NCBI GenBank assembly: GCA_020831465.1
Contig: JAFIGI010000059.1
Span: 1,357-65,356, forward strand
Direction of reading: 5' to 3'
Length of the DNA stretch: 64,000 nucleotides
Origin: Chlamydiales bacterium
GTDB taxonomy: Bacteria; Chlamydiota; Chlamydiia; Chlamydiales; JAAKFR01
Shown: positions 16,566 to 25,304 of the stretch, piece after piece
How the letters are laid out: every line of letters starts with the position of its first letter
Numbering within the stretch: position 1 is the first letter of the stretch
Position numbers and translations under genes: made by a program
The notes under the pieces: generated by a model
Seen by the model: the letters and a program-made list of their open reading frames with translations, nothing else
The model's database searches: none
What the model was told of the DNA's origin: nothing

Positions 16566-17510
16566 TCACCAATTCAAAGTTTGGCCCGGTTTCAGCACGC
16601 GAAAATTCTTAGGTGGAATTTTCGACCTTTCAAGGGCGCAAAATAGGTCGTAAGGGGGGCGATCTATCTCCTCGCTTGACAATCTGAAGGTTCCAAAGTG
16701 GCTTGCGACGCTTAACTTCGACTTGACATCGTTATGTATTTGAATCGACTCGAAGGGGTTGACGTGAACGGGTTTCATAAATGCGCGCGGGCAATAGACG
16801 CCTATCGGAATTAAACTTAAGTCCATTTTGGAAAATTTTTCTCCTATTGACTTAAAATCAAAAGCATTATAACCGGTATCTCCGGCAAAGTAAATGCGTT
16901 TTCCTTCGTTAAATTCCACAACGCACCCCATCCAAAGAGTCCGATTCCTATCAAAAAGGCCACGTCCGGAGAAGTGTTGAGCGGGTACCGCGGTCAATCT
17001 CATCCCCTCATGTTCGATGCTCTCCCACCAAGAGAGCTCTTGAATGCGCGTTTTAGGAAAGCGGCGACGAAACCATCTACATACTCCCATAGGGATCACC
17101 CACAAGATCTCCGGAAATCTCTCGTGAAGGAGCCGTACTGTGTAGCGGTCCAAATGGTCGTAATGATTATGGCTCACGATCACGACATCGACGGAATCGA
17201 TTTCATTCAAGCTCGGGTCAGGGGAATGGAGGCGTTTGGGTCCAACAAAGTTGAGAGGCGAGCACCGTTGATTCCATATTGGGTCGAGAAGGATGCTCTT
17301 TCCATAAGCGCGAATCCAAAAGGTTGAGTGGTTCACCCAAGTGACGCGCGGTTGAGCGGGATCAACAGCTTCAAGAGGGTTTGGAAAGGAGAATCCCTTT
17401 GGCAAGGCAGCGGGAAGCTCCTTATCATTGTAATACCCTAACCTCCACAGAAGAAAATGGGAAAAACCCCGGAAGATTTTTCGCTGATAAGGATTTTTAT
17501 ATCTCATCAA
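16566..17510 (-). CDS. Metallo-beta-lactamase (MBL) fold hydrolase (NAPE-PLD-like subgroup)
   Basis: VIVSHNHYDHLD is the HxHxDH zinc motif. It is followed by YFAGDTGY and a downstream His. There is a 1-nt gap to the methyltransferase, which suggests an operon. Confidence 0.78.
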   Translation of the reverse strand: MMRYKNPYQRKIFRGFSHFLLWRLGYYNDKELPAALPKGFSFPNPLEAVDPAQPRVTWVNHSTFWIRAYGKSILLDPIWNQRCSPLNFVGPKRLHSPDPSLNEIDSVDVVIVSHNHYDHLDRYTVRLLHERFPEILWVIPMGVCRWFRRRFPKTRIQELSWWESIEHEGMRLTAVPAQHFSGRGLFDRNRTLWMGCVVEFNEGKRIYFAGDTGYNAFDFKSIGEKFSKMDLSLIPIGVYCPRAFMKPVHVNPFESIQIHNDVKSKLSVASHFGTFRLSSEEIDRPPYDLFCALERSKIPPKNFRVLKPGQTLNW

Positions 17511-17531
17511 CTGGTGCTATAACACGAAATT

Positions 17532-18458
17532 TTATACAACCGCAAGTTGTTTTGGAATTTGAAAAACGACATCTTCGGTCGTGAAGACAACGTCTTCGAC
17601 TTCACTGACACCCAACTCCTCCAAACGGTCGATGCAACATTGGACGATGTCTTCAGGAGTTGAAGCGCCGGCGGTTAATCCAATTACCTCTACCCCATCC
17701 AACCATTGAGAATCGATTTCTTCAGAGCCATTGATGAGGTAAGCAGGTATCCCCCGCGTTGTCGCCGCTTCGCGCAACCGGTTGGAATTCGAACTAGTCG
17801 GATCGCCAACGACAAGAACGAGATCAGTCTGATCGGCGATCTCACGCAAGGCCATCTGCCGATTAGTGGTTGCGTAACAGATCGAGGCGCTCGGAAGGGT
17901 CTCGATTTGGGGATAACGCGCAACTAACGCCTGGGTAATATCTGATACATCGTCCAGGCTAAGGGTTGTCTGGGTGATGTAGAAGAGCTTGTCCTCCTTG
18001 GTAAAGGGCAAGTTATGAACCTCTTCCACCCTTTCAACAATCGTCGTCTGCTCGGGCGCCTCGCCTGCGGTGCCAATAATTTCGACATGCTTGCGGTGTC
18101 CAATCAAAATAATGTGGTACCCTTTGCCCGCAAAGCGCTTGGCGGCAGAATGAACCTTTGTGACAAGACCACAGGTCGCATCGATCTCGATGAGACCCCG
18201 TTTTTTTGCCTCTTCACGGACGGAAGGGGGGACTCCATGCGCAGAATAGATAAGACGCGAGCCGAAGGGGACATCTGCTAGATCTTCGATAAAAATCGCG
18301 CCTTTTTTCCGCAAACCTTCGACAACATGCCGATTGTGGACAATCTCGTGTTTGACGTAGATCGGGGCCCCCCATTTTTGAAGAGCCTTTTCTACAATCT
18401 CAATAGCTCGGACAACTCCTGCGCAAAAACCGCGGGGCTTCGAAAGTAATAGTTTCAT
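17532..18458 (-). CDS. ispH: 4-hydroxy-3-methylbut-2-enyl diphosphate reductase
   Basis: MKLLLSKPRGFCAGVVRAIEIV, VKHEIVHN, ATCGLVTKVH and SSNSNRL are canonical IspH/LytB motifs, including the three Fe-S cysteines. Confidence 0.92.
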   Translation of the reverse strand: MKLLLSKPRGFCAGVVRAIEIVEKALQKWGAPIYVKHEIVHNRHVVEGLRKKGAIFIEDLADVPFGSRLIYSAHGVPPSVREEAKKRGLIEIDATCGLVTKVHSAAKRFAGKGYHIILIGHRKHVEIIGTAGEAPEQTTIVERVEEVHNLPFTKEDKLFYITQTTLSLDDVSDITQALVARYPQIETLPSASICYATTNRQMALREIADQTDLVLVVGDPTSSNSNRLREAATTRGIPAYLINGSEEIDSQWLDGVEVIGLTAGASTPEDIVQCCIDRLEELGVSEVEDVVFTTEDVVFQIPKQLAVV

Positions 18459-18488
18459 AAGCTCGACCTTGTTCTTTATTTTTGATTT

Positions 18489-18600
18489 GCGTTTTCACAA
18501 TCTGTTGGTCCATCTCGACTTGAGCGCGTCCGAGGGAGGCTTAAATTAAGCCTCCTCGGACGCGCTCAAGTCGAGATGGACCAACAGATTGTGAAAACGC
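18489..18600. repeat. 112-nt near-perfect palindrome (arms ~55/54 nt with a single 1-nt bulge)
   Basis: The left arm is GCGTTTTCACAATCTGTTGGTCCATCTCGACTTGAGCGCGTCCGAGGGAGGCTTAA. The right arm is its reverse complement except for one missing G, and the centre is TTAAATTAA. It lies between the CPAF stop and the ispH start. Confidence 0.9.
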
Positions 18601-18640
18601 ATCTAAAAATAGGAAAATGTCGAGATAGTAGACTATAGTC

Positions 18641-20383
18641 CTATTTCATTAAGGATTCAACTGCTTCAACGATCCTGGAGGCGAAGGGTTGGAAATCCTC
18701 TTGGAGATCTTCTGCCGTCAATTCGTAGTGAATGTCGGGCTGCACCCCAAGATTTTCAATCGGATTTTTATCAATCCGTTCTGCAAGCGAACCGGTCATG
18801 ACAAATGCCTTAATCCCCGAATGGTTCGGAAAAGTAGTGCTCAGCAGATAACCTCCCGCACCGGCTGTGCGCGTACCCATCAGGGTTGCTCGCTTGTTAT
18901 CCTGCATAATAGCCGGGAAGAAGTCTCCACCAGAGAAGTCAAGACTGTTGATTAAGAGGAGGATCGGTTTGGTATACCTATAACGGGGATGGGGCTTGAT
19001 CTGATCGACGCCAAAGAGGTGGGTTGGTTCGGTACAGAGCTTCCCCTGATTCCATTGCTCGATCAAAAAGTTGCAAAACTTCTTCATGAAAGAGACAAAC
19101 TCGTAGTTGACCGGATAGCCGCCGACTTCATCGCCTAAAACTGAACGGGCAGTCGAGTCATTCGTTACCTGATCTAGATAAGGCAGCATGCATAGGACTG
19201 AATGAACCTCTTCCTGGGTCAACGCGATATGATGCTTGGGAGCATAGAGCGGCTTATCGGTCAGAGTGGAAGCAAGCGCATAGAGGTAAAAAACCGAGCC
19301 GCCCGGATTGTTCAATTGATCGATGATCAAGGCATTCGTCCTTGTTTGAAAAAAGCTTACAATCTCGCCGAATTCATCAAGCTCTTCTACATCAGCCATG
19401 TAATGCGGAATGCGGATATAGCCGACTCTCTTGCCTGACAACGTTTCAAAGATATAGGCATCAAACATCCAATCGAAGCCCGACTTCCATATCTTTTTTC
19501 CAAGAGGTGGGAGATAGCTCGATCGAGAACCAAGTGCGTGGCTGCTCAAATAAGTTGATGCTCCGACATATGAGCGGTCCCACTGATGAAAGAGCATGAA
19601 TTTTTCGAAAAACCTGCTCTTTTTCAAAGCCGTTTGAAAATCGTATTTCCACTCCATCGGAGTCGCCTCGAATGCCATCTCTGCAGCTCCGATTTTGGAT
19701 AAATCCCGTATTTTTTCCGGAATATAGTCCCATTTAAGGGTGGTCGAAACAATTTTGTCGCTCCCCTTTCCCTTTCCCGTCACAACAACAGACCCTTGAG
19801 GAATCCGGTTACCCATCGCTCCGTGCCGATTTGTCAACAAGATCTCAGCAAGGGCCAAGTCGGTTTCGTAGGTGTTAAGGCCGAGCTCGCTCCGACGCAA
19901 TTCGCCTATAACCTCGTGAATGGGGCGGCCATCAAAAGTCAGAATCTCATCGCCGATCTCGAAAGGAAAGCTGCTGGTAGGCAACTCGCTACGGTCGACA
20001 TCGCAGACAAAGTATCGATTTTGCGCCCCTTTTACGATAAAGGGAAGCGAGGCGCTTTCGGTCGAGTAAAAGCGGACGCCGACATGGTAGTCCCGGGTGG
20101 AATTAAAGAAATCACGTATGATCGACTGACACTCTTTTAGATTAGGATTTGGAATAGTCTCAACCTTACTTTTAGCTTCCAGAATCGCTTGGTCGAGCTC
20201 CCAATGCGCAAATTCTCCCTTCCATTTCAAGGGTGCGTATTTCACTTCGAAAATGGTGTGAATGGTTTCCAAGTCTGATAAAACGCGCCTTTTTGTCAAG
20301 GAAGCGCCCGCGGGGGTCGCAAAACTGGTGCCGGTTAACAAGACTCCTGCGAGAAGGGCTGCGAAAAGGGTTTTAGTCTTCAT
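18641..20383 (-). CDS. CPAF-like secreted S41-family serine protease (chlamydial protease-like activity factor homologue)
   Basis: It has a signal peptide. Long collinear matches to C. trachomatis CPAF as I recall it include FEVKYAPLKWK, ALIIDQLNNPGGSVFYLYALASTLTDKPLYAPKHHIALTQEEV and LMGTRTAGAGGY...GIKAFVMTGSLA...IENLGVQPDI. It is adjacent to ispH, as in Chlamydia. Confidence 0.88.
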   Translation of the reverse strand: MKTKTLFAALLAGVLLTGTSFATPAGASLTKRRVLSDLETIHTIFEVKYAPLKWKGEFAHWELDQAILEAKSKVETIPNPNLKECQSIIRDFFNSTRDYHVGVRFYSTESASLPFIVKGAQNRYFVCDVDRSELPTSSFPFEIGDEILTFDGRPIHEVIGELRRSELGLNTYETDLALAEILLTNRHGAMGNRIPQGSVVVTGKGKGSDKIVSTTLKWDYIPEKIRDLSKIGAAEMAFEATPMEWKYDFQTALKKSRFFEKFMLFHQWDRSYVGASTYLSSHALGSRSSYLPPLGKKIWKSGFDWMFDAYIFETLSGKRVGYIRIPHYMADVEELDEFGEIVSFFQTRTNALIIDQLNNPGGSVFYLYALASTLTDKPLYAPKHHIALTQEEVHSVLCMLPYLDQVTNDSTARSVLGDEVGGYPVNYEFVSFMKKFCNFLIEQWNQGKLCTEPTHLFGVDQIKPHPRYRYTKPILLLINSLDFSGGDFFPAIMQDNKRATLMGTRTAGAGGYLLSTTFPNHSGIKAFVMTGSLAERIDKNPIENLGVQPDIHYELTAEDLQEDFQPFASRIVEAVESLMK

Positions 20384-20525
20384 ATATCCACCTTACGAGA
20401 GATCAAGATCAAGTGAACAGGATGCGTAGGATTCTTTTAAAAGTCAACGGGATAACAAACTTCTAGACTCCAATGATTTTTCCAGTGAAAAAATGAACGG
20501 CGATGCGTAAACTCTTATTCTCTAT

Positions 20526-22148
20526 ATGACCAGAGCGATTCTATTTTTTCTTTTACTCGCCCCTCTTTATACCGGATGCCATTCAAAATCGACGGCATCA
20601 CCCTACAATCCTTCTCGGGAACAAATTTTCCGCTTAAATTCCCATAGCGAGCCCACTTCCCTCGACCCCCGTCTTGTTCGCGACATCCCTTCTGTCACAA
20701 CAAGCAAAATGCTCTTCGACGGACTGACCCGGATGACTCAAGCAGGACCGGCCCTTTCGATCGCCGAAAAGGTAGAGATCTCTGAAGATTTTAAAACCTA
20801 CACTTTCTACCTGAAAGAGACCTTCTGGACCAACGGGGAGCCCGTAACCGCATATGATTTCGAAAGGGCTTGGAAGTCGATTTTAGATCCTCTATTCCCC
20901 GCCGAATTTGCCCATCAGCTTTTCATTCTCGAAAATGGAGCCGAGGCGAAGCGGGGAAAAGCCGCTCTCGATTCCGTCGGGGTAGAGGCTCTTGACGCCC
21001 GCACCCTGATCGCCCGTCTAACCCATCCCAATCCCTACTTCCTCCAATTGACGGCTTTTCCCATCTGCTATCCCGTTTGCCGATCGCTCGACGCGAATTG
21101 GGCAAGCGCACAAGGCGACGGATTTGTCTGCAACGGCCCCTTCAAACTCGCCCACTGGAGGCACGGGAGCGAACTGAAGGTGATCAAAAATTACAGCTAC
21201 TGGGAGAATGAAGCGGTCCATCTCGATGCCATCGTGATGACCATGATCGAAGACGAACATACTGAATTGAATATGTACGAAAACGACGAACTCGACTGGG
21301 CCGGCTCGCCAAATTCGAGCATTCCACCCGAAGCTTTGCCGAGCCTAAAAGCTCAGCGACAAAATGAGCTCTTTATCGAGCCGATTGCCGGGACCTACTG
21401 TTTCAAATTCAACACCAAAGAACCTCCTTTTGACAGCTTGAAAATGCGCCGCGCTTTCTCCGCTGCCATTAATCGCTCCTCGCTAATCGAAAATGTCTTG
21501 CAAGCGAATCAGCAAGTCGCTTGCTCCCTCCTCCCTCCATGCATGCGGCCTGCAGGATTTCAGAAGCCGGAGATTTCCTTTAGCGACGGCGACGAGATGC
21601 GGGCGCTGGAGCTCTTTGAAGAAGCACTGGCCGAAAAGGGATGGACCCGTGAAACACTGCCGCCAATCACATTGATGTTCAGCCGCAGTGAAAAGCACCA
21701 AAAAACCGCCCAAGCAGCCCAACAGAGCTGGAATAAAACGTTTGGAATCAAGATCAATCTCCAAAGCTACGAGTGGAATACCTTCATCGACCGGCTCTCG
21801 AAACACCATTATCAGATAGGCGGAAGAGGTTGGGTCAGCGACCTGCTCGACCCCATGACCCTGCTCGAATTGTACAAATTTACAAATGATTCGGATCTAG
21901 GGGGAAACAACGACACGCAATGGGAAGATCCTCAGTTTATCGCTCTTCTTGAAGAGGCGCTTGCAACTCCCGAACCCGACAAGAGGGATAGGCTCTTAGA
22001 CGAAGCCGAGAAAATCCTGATGCGCGATCTTCCGATCGCCCCTCTCTATCATTCCACTGCCTGTTATCTCAAAAAACCTTATGTTAAAGAGGTTTATTTA
22101 TCCGAACTCTGCGACCTTGACTTTAAACACGCCTATATAGAACGGTAG
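20526..22148 (+). CDS. ABC transporter substrate-binding lipoprotein, oligopeptide (OppA, family 5) type
   Basis: It has a lipobox (LAPLYTGC) and is about 540 aa long. Family-5 SBP patterns are present: LDP....D, FKLRKD-like YTFYLKETFWTNGEPVTAYDF, and LPIAPLY. Confidence 0.8.
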   Translation: MTRAILFFLLLAPLYTGCHSKSTASPYNPSREQIFRLNSHSEPTSLDPRLVRDIPSVTTSKMLFDGLTRMTQAGPALSIAEKVEISEDFKTYTFYLKETFWTNGEPVTAYDFERAWKSILDPLFPAEFAHQLFILENGAEAKRGKAALDSVGVEALDARTLIARLTHPNPYFLQLTAFPICYPVCRSLDANWASAQGDGFVCNGPFKLAHWRHGSELKVIKNYSYWENEAVHLDAIVMTMIEDEHTELNMYENDELDWAGSPNSSIPPEALPSLKAQRQNELFIEPIAGTYCFKFNTKEPPFDSLKMRRAFSAAINRSSLIENVLQANQQVACSLLPPCMRPAGFQKPEISFSDGDEMRALELFEEALAEKGWTRETLPPITLMFSRSEKHQKTAQAAQQSWNKTFGIKINLQSYEWNTFIDRLSKHHYQIGGRGWVSDLLDPMTLLELYKFTNDSDLGGNNDTQWEDPQFIALLEEALATPEPDKRDRLLDEAEKILMRDLPIAPLYHSTACYLKKPYVKEVYLSELCDLDFKHAYIER

Positions 22149-22166
22149 AAAAAAAGGAGAAAGCCT

Positions 22167-22493
22167 ATGATAAAACTGGCAGACAAAAAATGTGTAGCGT
22201 GCGAAGAGGGAGCCTTCCCATTAGAGGGAAAAAAACTGGAAGCATACCGTTCACAGCTTGGCTCTGAGTGGCGTATTGTCCATGAGCATCATCTTGAAAG
22301 GGAGTTTCGGTTCGACGGTTTTAAGGAGGCTCTTGCCTTCACCAATAAGGTTGGAGAGCTTGCGGAGCAGGAAGGGCACCATCCTGATATCCAACTCTCC
22401 TGGGGAAAGGTGCGGATCGTCCTTTGGACGCATAAGATCAATGGGTTAAGCGAAAGCGATTTCATCCTAGCCGCAAAAATAGAGCGTATTTAA
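22167..22493 (+). CDS. Pterin-4-alpha-carbinolamine dehydratase family protein
   Basis: The motifs F.F..F.EA..F..KV..LAE.EGHHPDI...W..V.I.L.TH...GLSE.DF match the PCD/DCoH family. An AAGGAGA RBS lies upstream. Confidence 0.8.
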   Translation: MIKLADKKCVACEEGAFPLEGKKLEAYRSQLGSEWRIVHEHHLEREFRFDGFKEALAFTNKVGELAEQEGHHPDIQLSWGKVRIVLWTHKINGLSESDFILAAKIERI

Positions 22494-22506
22494 GCGTTGA
22501 TCGCGT

Positions 22507-23820
22507 ATGTACCCGGTTCAGTCTACATCTTGCTTTAACTTCTATAACCTGGAGGGAAATCCCTCGAAGGTTGTTCCGGTTGTGATGACAGCTATCGGCG
22601 CCTTGGGAGCTCTCCTTGTTGGACTGGGGCTTGCGGGCCACCTTCCCTTCTATGCTTCCGTAATCGGATTTGCCGATCTGGCAGCGGTCTGTATCGCAGC
22701 AAGTCTTATGCCTCGTCGCCAACCTCAAGCTCATCGCGAAGAAATTTCTCTTCCTCCTGTAAAAGTCGAGGAAATCTACTACGACGTTTTGAGAATGAGC
22801 ATTTTACCCCTTTTAAGTGCAGATGGGTTAGGCAGGGTGGCTCAAGTCTGTACGAGATTACGAGATCTCGCTTATGACGATTTTCTCTGGAAATCTCACT
22901 GGATCAACGAGCAAGGAACCGACATCCTTCCTGAGGGATTCGAGAGTTACCGTGAAGCCTTCCAAGATTCGCGCACAAATCAAACCCGCTATGCACGAGG
23001 CTTACCTATCCCAATCCCTCTCTCCAACTCTGCTTCCCTCTTTTATGCCTCAGGAGATCTGCTATGTTCGGGTCATAAAAGCAACTGCGGTTTTATGAAT
23101 TTGGTTTTTTGGGATCTTGCAAAACGCAAAGAAATACGTCAGCACAAAGGAATGCAATTTTCCCCAACTGCTATCGCAGGTTGGAAGAATCACGTTTTTC
23201 TAGCCTCACTATGCGGAGAAATCCAGAGCCTCAATCTTCAAAACGGAACCTCGGATTTCTTTTTCAACAGCAACGAGGTAAGCACCTCCATGTTCTGTGA
23301 GAATGGCATCTTGATTTGCAGCAACCCAGGTGGTATTCGCGCTTATAGGGCCGATTCCGGCATATTTCTTTATAGATATCTCATCGGTTGGGATGTAGTT
23401 GGTGTGAAAATGTGCGGCGATCTGCTTGCCGTTGGAGAAAAAAATGGGCGCATCTCTTTGCTAAACCTTACTGATGGAAGTTTAGTTAAAACTTTGGATC
23501 TAAAAAAAGGTTTAAGCGCATTCTGCATCCGCGAGGACAAAATAGTGATTGCGGGATATGAGAACGGATCTATAGAACTCCTTGATCCAGAGGCAAAGCA
23601 GCCGTTGAAAGAACTGAGCGGCGAAGGGAGCGTTTCCCACATGCAATGCGTTGGGAAACTCCTTCTGAGCAAACATGACAAGATGTTATATGTCTGGAAC
23701 CTGAATACCGGAATCCAACTCCGTAAGTTAACCTTCAATTCAACCCTTCAGTTCAATGCCTCCCACATGGTGTTTCTCTCGGGGAATACCATCAATATGA
23801 TCGACTTTTCTACAAAGTAA
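22507..23820 (+). CDS. F-box plus WD40-like beta-propeller protein with an N-terminal bilobed hydrophobic (Inc-like) domain
   Basis: Residues ~22-70 (VVPVVMTAIGALGALLVGLGLAGHLPFYASVIGFADLAAVCIAASLM) form two hydrophobic lobes. ILPLLSADGLGRVAQVCTRLRDLAYDDFLWKSHW fits the F-box consensus (L....L.r...VC.r.r.l..D..LW). Repeated units follow, such as GEKNGRISLLNLTDGSLVKTLD and YENGSIELLDPEAKQPLKEL. Confidence 0.72.
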   Translation: MYPVQSTSCFNFYNLEGNPSKVVPVVMTAIGALGALLVGLGLAGHLPFYASVIGFADLAAVCIAASLMPRRQPQAHREEISLPPVKVEEIYYDVLRMSILPLLSADGLGRVAQVCTRLRDLAYDDFLWKSHWINEQGTDILPEGFESYREAFQDSRTNQTRYARGLPIPIPLSNSASLFYASGDLLCSGHKSNCGFMNLVFWDLAKRKEIRQHKGMQFSPTAIAGWKNHVFLASLCGEIQSLNLQNGTSDFFFNSNEVSTSMFCENGILICSNPGGIRAYRADSGIFLYRYLIGWDVVGVKMCGDLLAVGEKNGRISLLNLTDGSLVKTLDLKKGLSAFCIREDKIVIAGYENGSIELLDPEAKQPLKELSGEGSVSHMQCVGKLLLSKHDKMLYVWNLNTGIQLRKLTFNSTLQFNASHMVFLSGNTINMIDFSTK

Positions 23821-23846
23821 TCGAGTATTCATGTAAGAAAAGAGGT

Positions 23847-25304
23847 ATGTTTTATTTGAGGACTGGGGTAATTTTCGGCCTACTCGTTTTGTGCGGTGGC
23901 TGCGACTACTACATGCCCAACCCCCCCTGTCCCCCTCCCCCCTCGGCACGGCCGCCGATCACACCGACATTTTCCTGTACAAATTTTACCGTTCCTCCTC
24001 TCGTCCCCGACAGTTGCGAAATGCTGGCACTGGCTGATCTTGTCGATTTGGGATTGCAAAACAGCCCGACAACCCGCGCCGCCTGGTATCATGCCAAACA
24101 GGCGGCGGCTCATGTGGGTTCTGCCCGCGGAGCCTATCTCCCAACTCTGGAACTCGATGGGGTGTGGGAAAAAAACCAGTTTCTCACGACTTCATTTGGG
24201 ATCGAGGAGATTGCCGAGGAAAAAATCATGAGGGCTACGTTGACCTCAACTTATCTCCTATGGGATTTTGGCGGGCGAAATGGAAATCTCATGGCGGCAC
24301 GGGCGGCGTTAGACAGCCTCAATTGGATCTACAATTGGGAAGTGCAAACAGTCATGATCTACGTAATCCAAAGTTACTACAATTATGCAAACGCGCTTGA
24401 AATCGTTGCTGCATCCGAGAAAACCGTCCAAGATAATCTCACGACAGTAGAAGCGGCAAAGGCTAGGGTACAAACGGGTGTGAACGCTCTATCCGATCAA
24501 CTGCAGGCCGAGACGAGCCTTGTGCAATCGCAAATCGAATTGGAGCAGAATCGGGGGATTTTGAACGTAGCATACGCGACTCTGGTTCAATCGCTCGGCC
24601 TTCCGCCCGACACTCCTCTTTGCATCGCTCCTCTTCCCGAAATGATTGAGACAAAAGAGATCTGCGAAAATATGGAAACCCTCATGCAACTCGCAAAGGA
24701 AAACAGGGCCGATTTGAATGCGATGCGGGCAAGCGTCTTGGAAAACCGGTTCGAAATACGCGTCGCGCGCTCTGCCTTAATGCCCACTGTCAAATCGATG
24801 GTCACCGGGGGATATGAGTCGATCAACGGGCAGAGATTTCTTCCGACTTACGGAGTCACCTTAGATCTGAATGTCCCCCTCTTTAAACAGTTCAAGGACA
24901 TCAATAACCTGAGAAGTGCACAAGCAGCCCTCCTACAGGCACAGGCTGAATTGGATAATGACGAGCTAACCGCCTTCTTGGCTGTCGTCTCGGACTACTA
25001 TGAACTGATTGCCAATACAAAAATTTTGAAGTACAGTTACAGTTATCTCGAGATCGCGACCAAAAACAGGGAAGTGGCCTTCGCAAATTATAAAATGGGA
25101 GTGACCACAATTATCGATTTGATGACGGCAAATAACGCTTTAAATATTGCCCGTCAGCAACTCGCAGATGCGAAGACCAACTTTCTCTCCTCGATTGCCA
25201 ACCTTTCTTACGCTACGGGTGGGTTGACTGTCGCCGATTTTTTCGGGTATTTTGCGAATCAGGAAAATCTTTATGAAAACTCTATTGCTCCGTTTGATAA
25301 CTAG
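23847..25304 (+). CDS. TolC-family outer-membrane efflux protein (lipoprotein)
   Basis: It has a lipobox (LVLCGGC). Two repeated OEP halves are present (LADLVDLGLQNSPT...A.....A...V..ARGAYLPTL and LMQLAKENRADLNAMRASV). It is followed by MFP and RND genes. Confidence 0.82.
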   Translation: MFYLRTGVIFGLLVLCGGCDYYMPNPPCPPPPSARPPITPTFSCTNFTVPPLVPDSCEMLALADLVDLGLQNSPTTRAAWYHAKQAAAHVGSARGAYLPTLELDGVWEKNQFLTTSFGIEEIAEEKIMRATLTSTYLLWDFGGRNGNLMAARAALDSLNWIYNWEVQTVMIYVIQSYYNYANALEIVAASEKTVQDNLTTVEAAKARVQTGVNALSDQLQAETSLVQSQIELEQNRGILNVAYATLVQSLGLPPDTPLCIAPLPEMIETKEICENMETLMQLAKENRADLNAMRASVLENRFEIRVARSALMPTVKSMVTGGYESINGQRFLPTYGVTLDLNVPLFKQFKDINNLRSAQAALLQAQAELDNDELTAFLAVVSDYYELIANTKILKYSYSYLEIATKNREVAFANYKMGVTTIIDLMTANNALNIARQQLADAKTNFLSSIANLSYATGGLTVADFFGYFANQENLYENSIAPFDN

